Below are positions 15,878 to 16,208 of a DNA stretch of 16,208 nucleotides, one piece after another. The stretch's first letter is position 1, and each line of letters starts with the position of its first letter. A model generated the notes under the pieces. That model was not told the origin of the DNA, ran no database searches, and saw nothing but the letters and a program-made list of their open reading frames with translations. The translations under genes and the position numbers were made by a program. Source of the DNA: Candidatus Hydrogenedentota bacterium (lineage in GTDB: Bacteria > Hydrogenedentota > Hydrogenedentia > Hydrogenedentales > JAEUWI01); assembly GCA_034669905.1 (NCBI GenBank), contig JAXMOL010000085.1, positions 1 through 16,208 on the forward strand. Direction: 5' to 3'.

Positions 15878-15992
15878 GCTGAGGGGATTCTATATGTTGG
15901 GTGGCCAGCAGTCGTACATGGCCACGGAGTACAGATTCAGAGCGAAATGTTTGGGTGGCTACAATTTAACACGAACGCCGGGGCCGAGCCCA

Positions 15993-16181
15993 CCGGGGAC
16001 TGCACCGACATTACGTCCACCAAGTCGAACGTCGGGTGCCACCCTCAAGCAGAGGAGCGAAGCGGGGGCAGTCCCCGGGGACTGCACCGACATTCCCCGT
16101 TTTGTTCTGAGGAGTGTTCCATGTGGTTGGCTGGGCAACTCACCCAACGCACGGGCCCTTTGACAGTCGGGGCTGTTCCCC
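15993..16181. repeat. Cluster of short REP-like repeats, unit GGGGACTGCACCGACATT
   Basis: Identical 20-mers CCGGGGACTGCACCGACATT at 15993-16012 and 16075-16094; perfect palindrome GCAGTCCCCGGGGACTGC at 16068-16085; degenerate inverted copies near 16028-16039 and 16166-16181. Confidence 0.7.
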
Positions 16182-16208
16182 CTCTTGTTGCAGGCTTTGG
16201 AAGAGGGG

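Noticed and set aside
15993..16094. Two identical direct repeats with unique sequence between them, as a possible mini-CRISPR
   Set aside because: Only two 20 bp copies, a 62 bp gap that itself contains inverted copies of the unit, and no cas genes; it fits a REP-like cluster better.

Overview
GC-rich bacterial DNA with eight protein-coding genes, all on the minus strand. The long (Glu-Gly)n linkers plus Cys-containing DUF5011/HYR-like Ig repeats suggest Candidatus Hydrogenedentes or a similar lineage (inference only). In transcription order (right to left): a YfhO-family GT-C membrane glycosyltransferase, an AlgI/PatA/DltB-type MBOAT acyltransferase with no SGNH partner in the window, malate dehydrogenase, a cysteine-free FmdB-like protein, a small lipoprotein, a YfgM-like TPR membrane protein with an (EAAPA)17 tail, and two paralogous large secreted proteins. 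The two paralogues share one chassis: signal peptide, variable head, (EG)n linker, four Ig-like repeats, a conserved C-terminal region, and a PVKExGVSCAPG-hydrophobic-RR tail. Their heads differ: a small cohesin/DUF11-like domain versus two tandem PqaA-family alpha/beta hydrolases. The best candidate for an undescribed system is this modular surface-display platform with a putative Cys-containing C-terminal sorting signal. Non-coding DNA holds two ~210-230 bp nested palindromic REP/REPIN-like elements built from a related tripartite unit in opposite orientations, a second short repeat family (GGGACTGCACCGAC) at both window ends, several intrinsic terminators and sigma70-like promoters. All family assignments come from motif recognition by eye; no database search was run.
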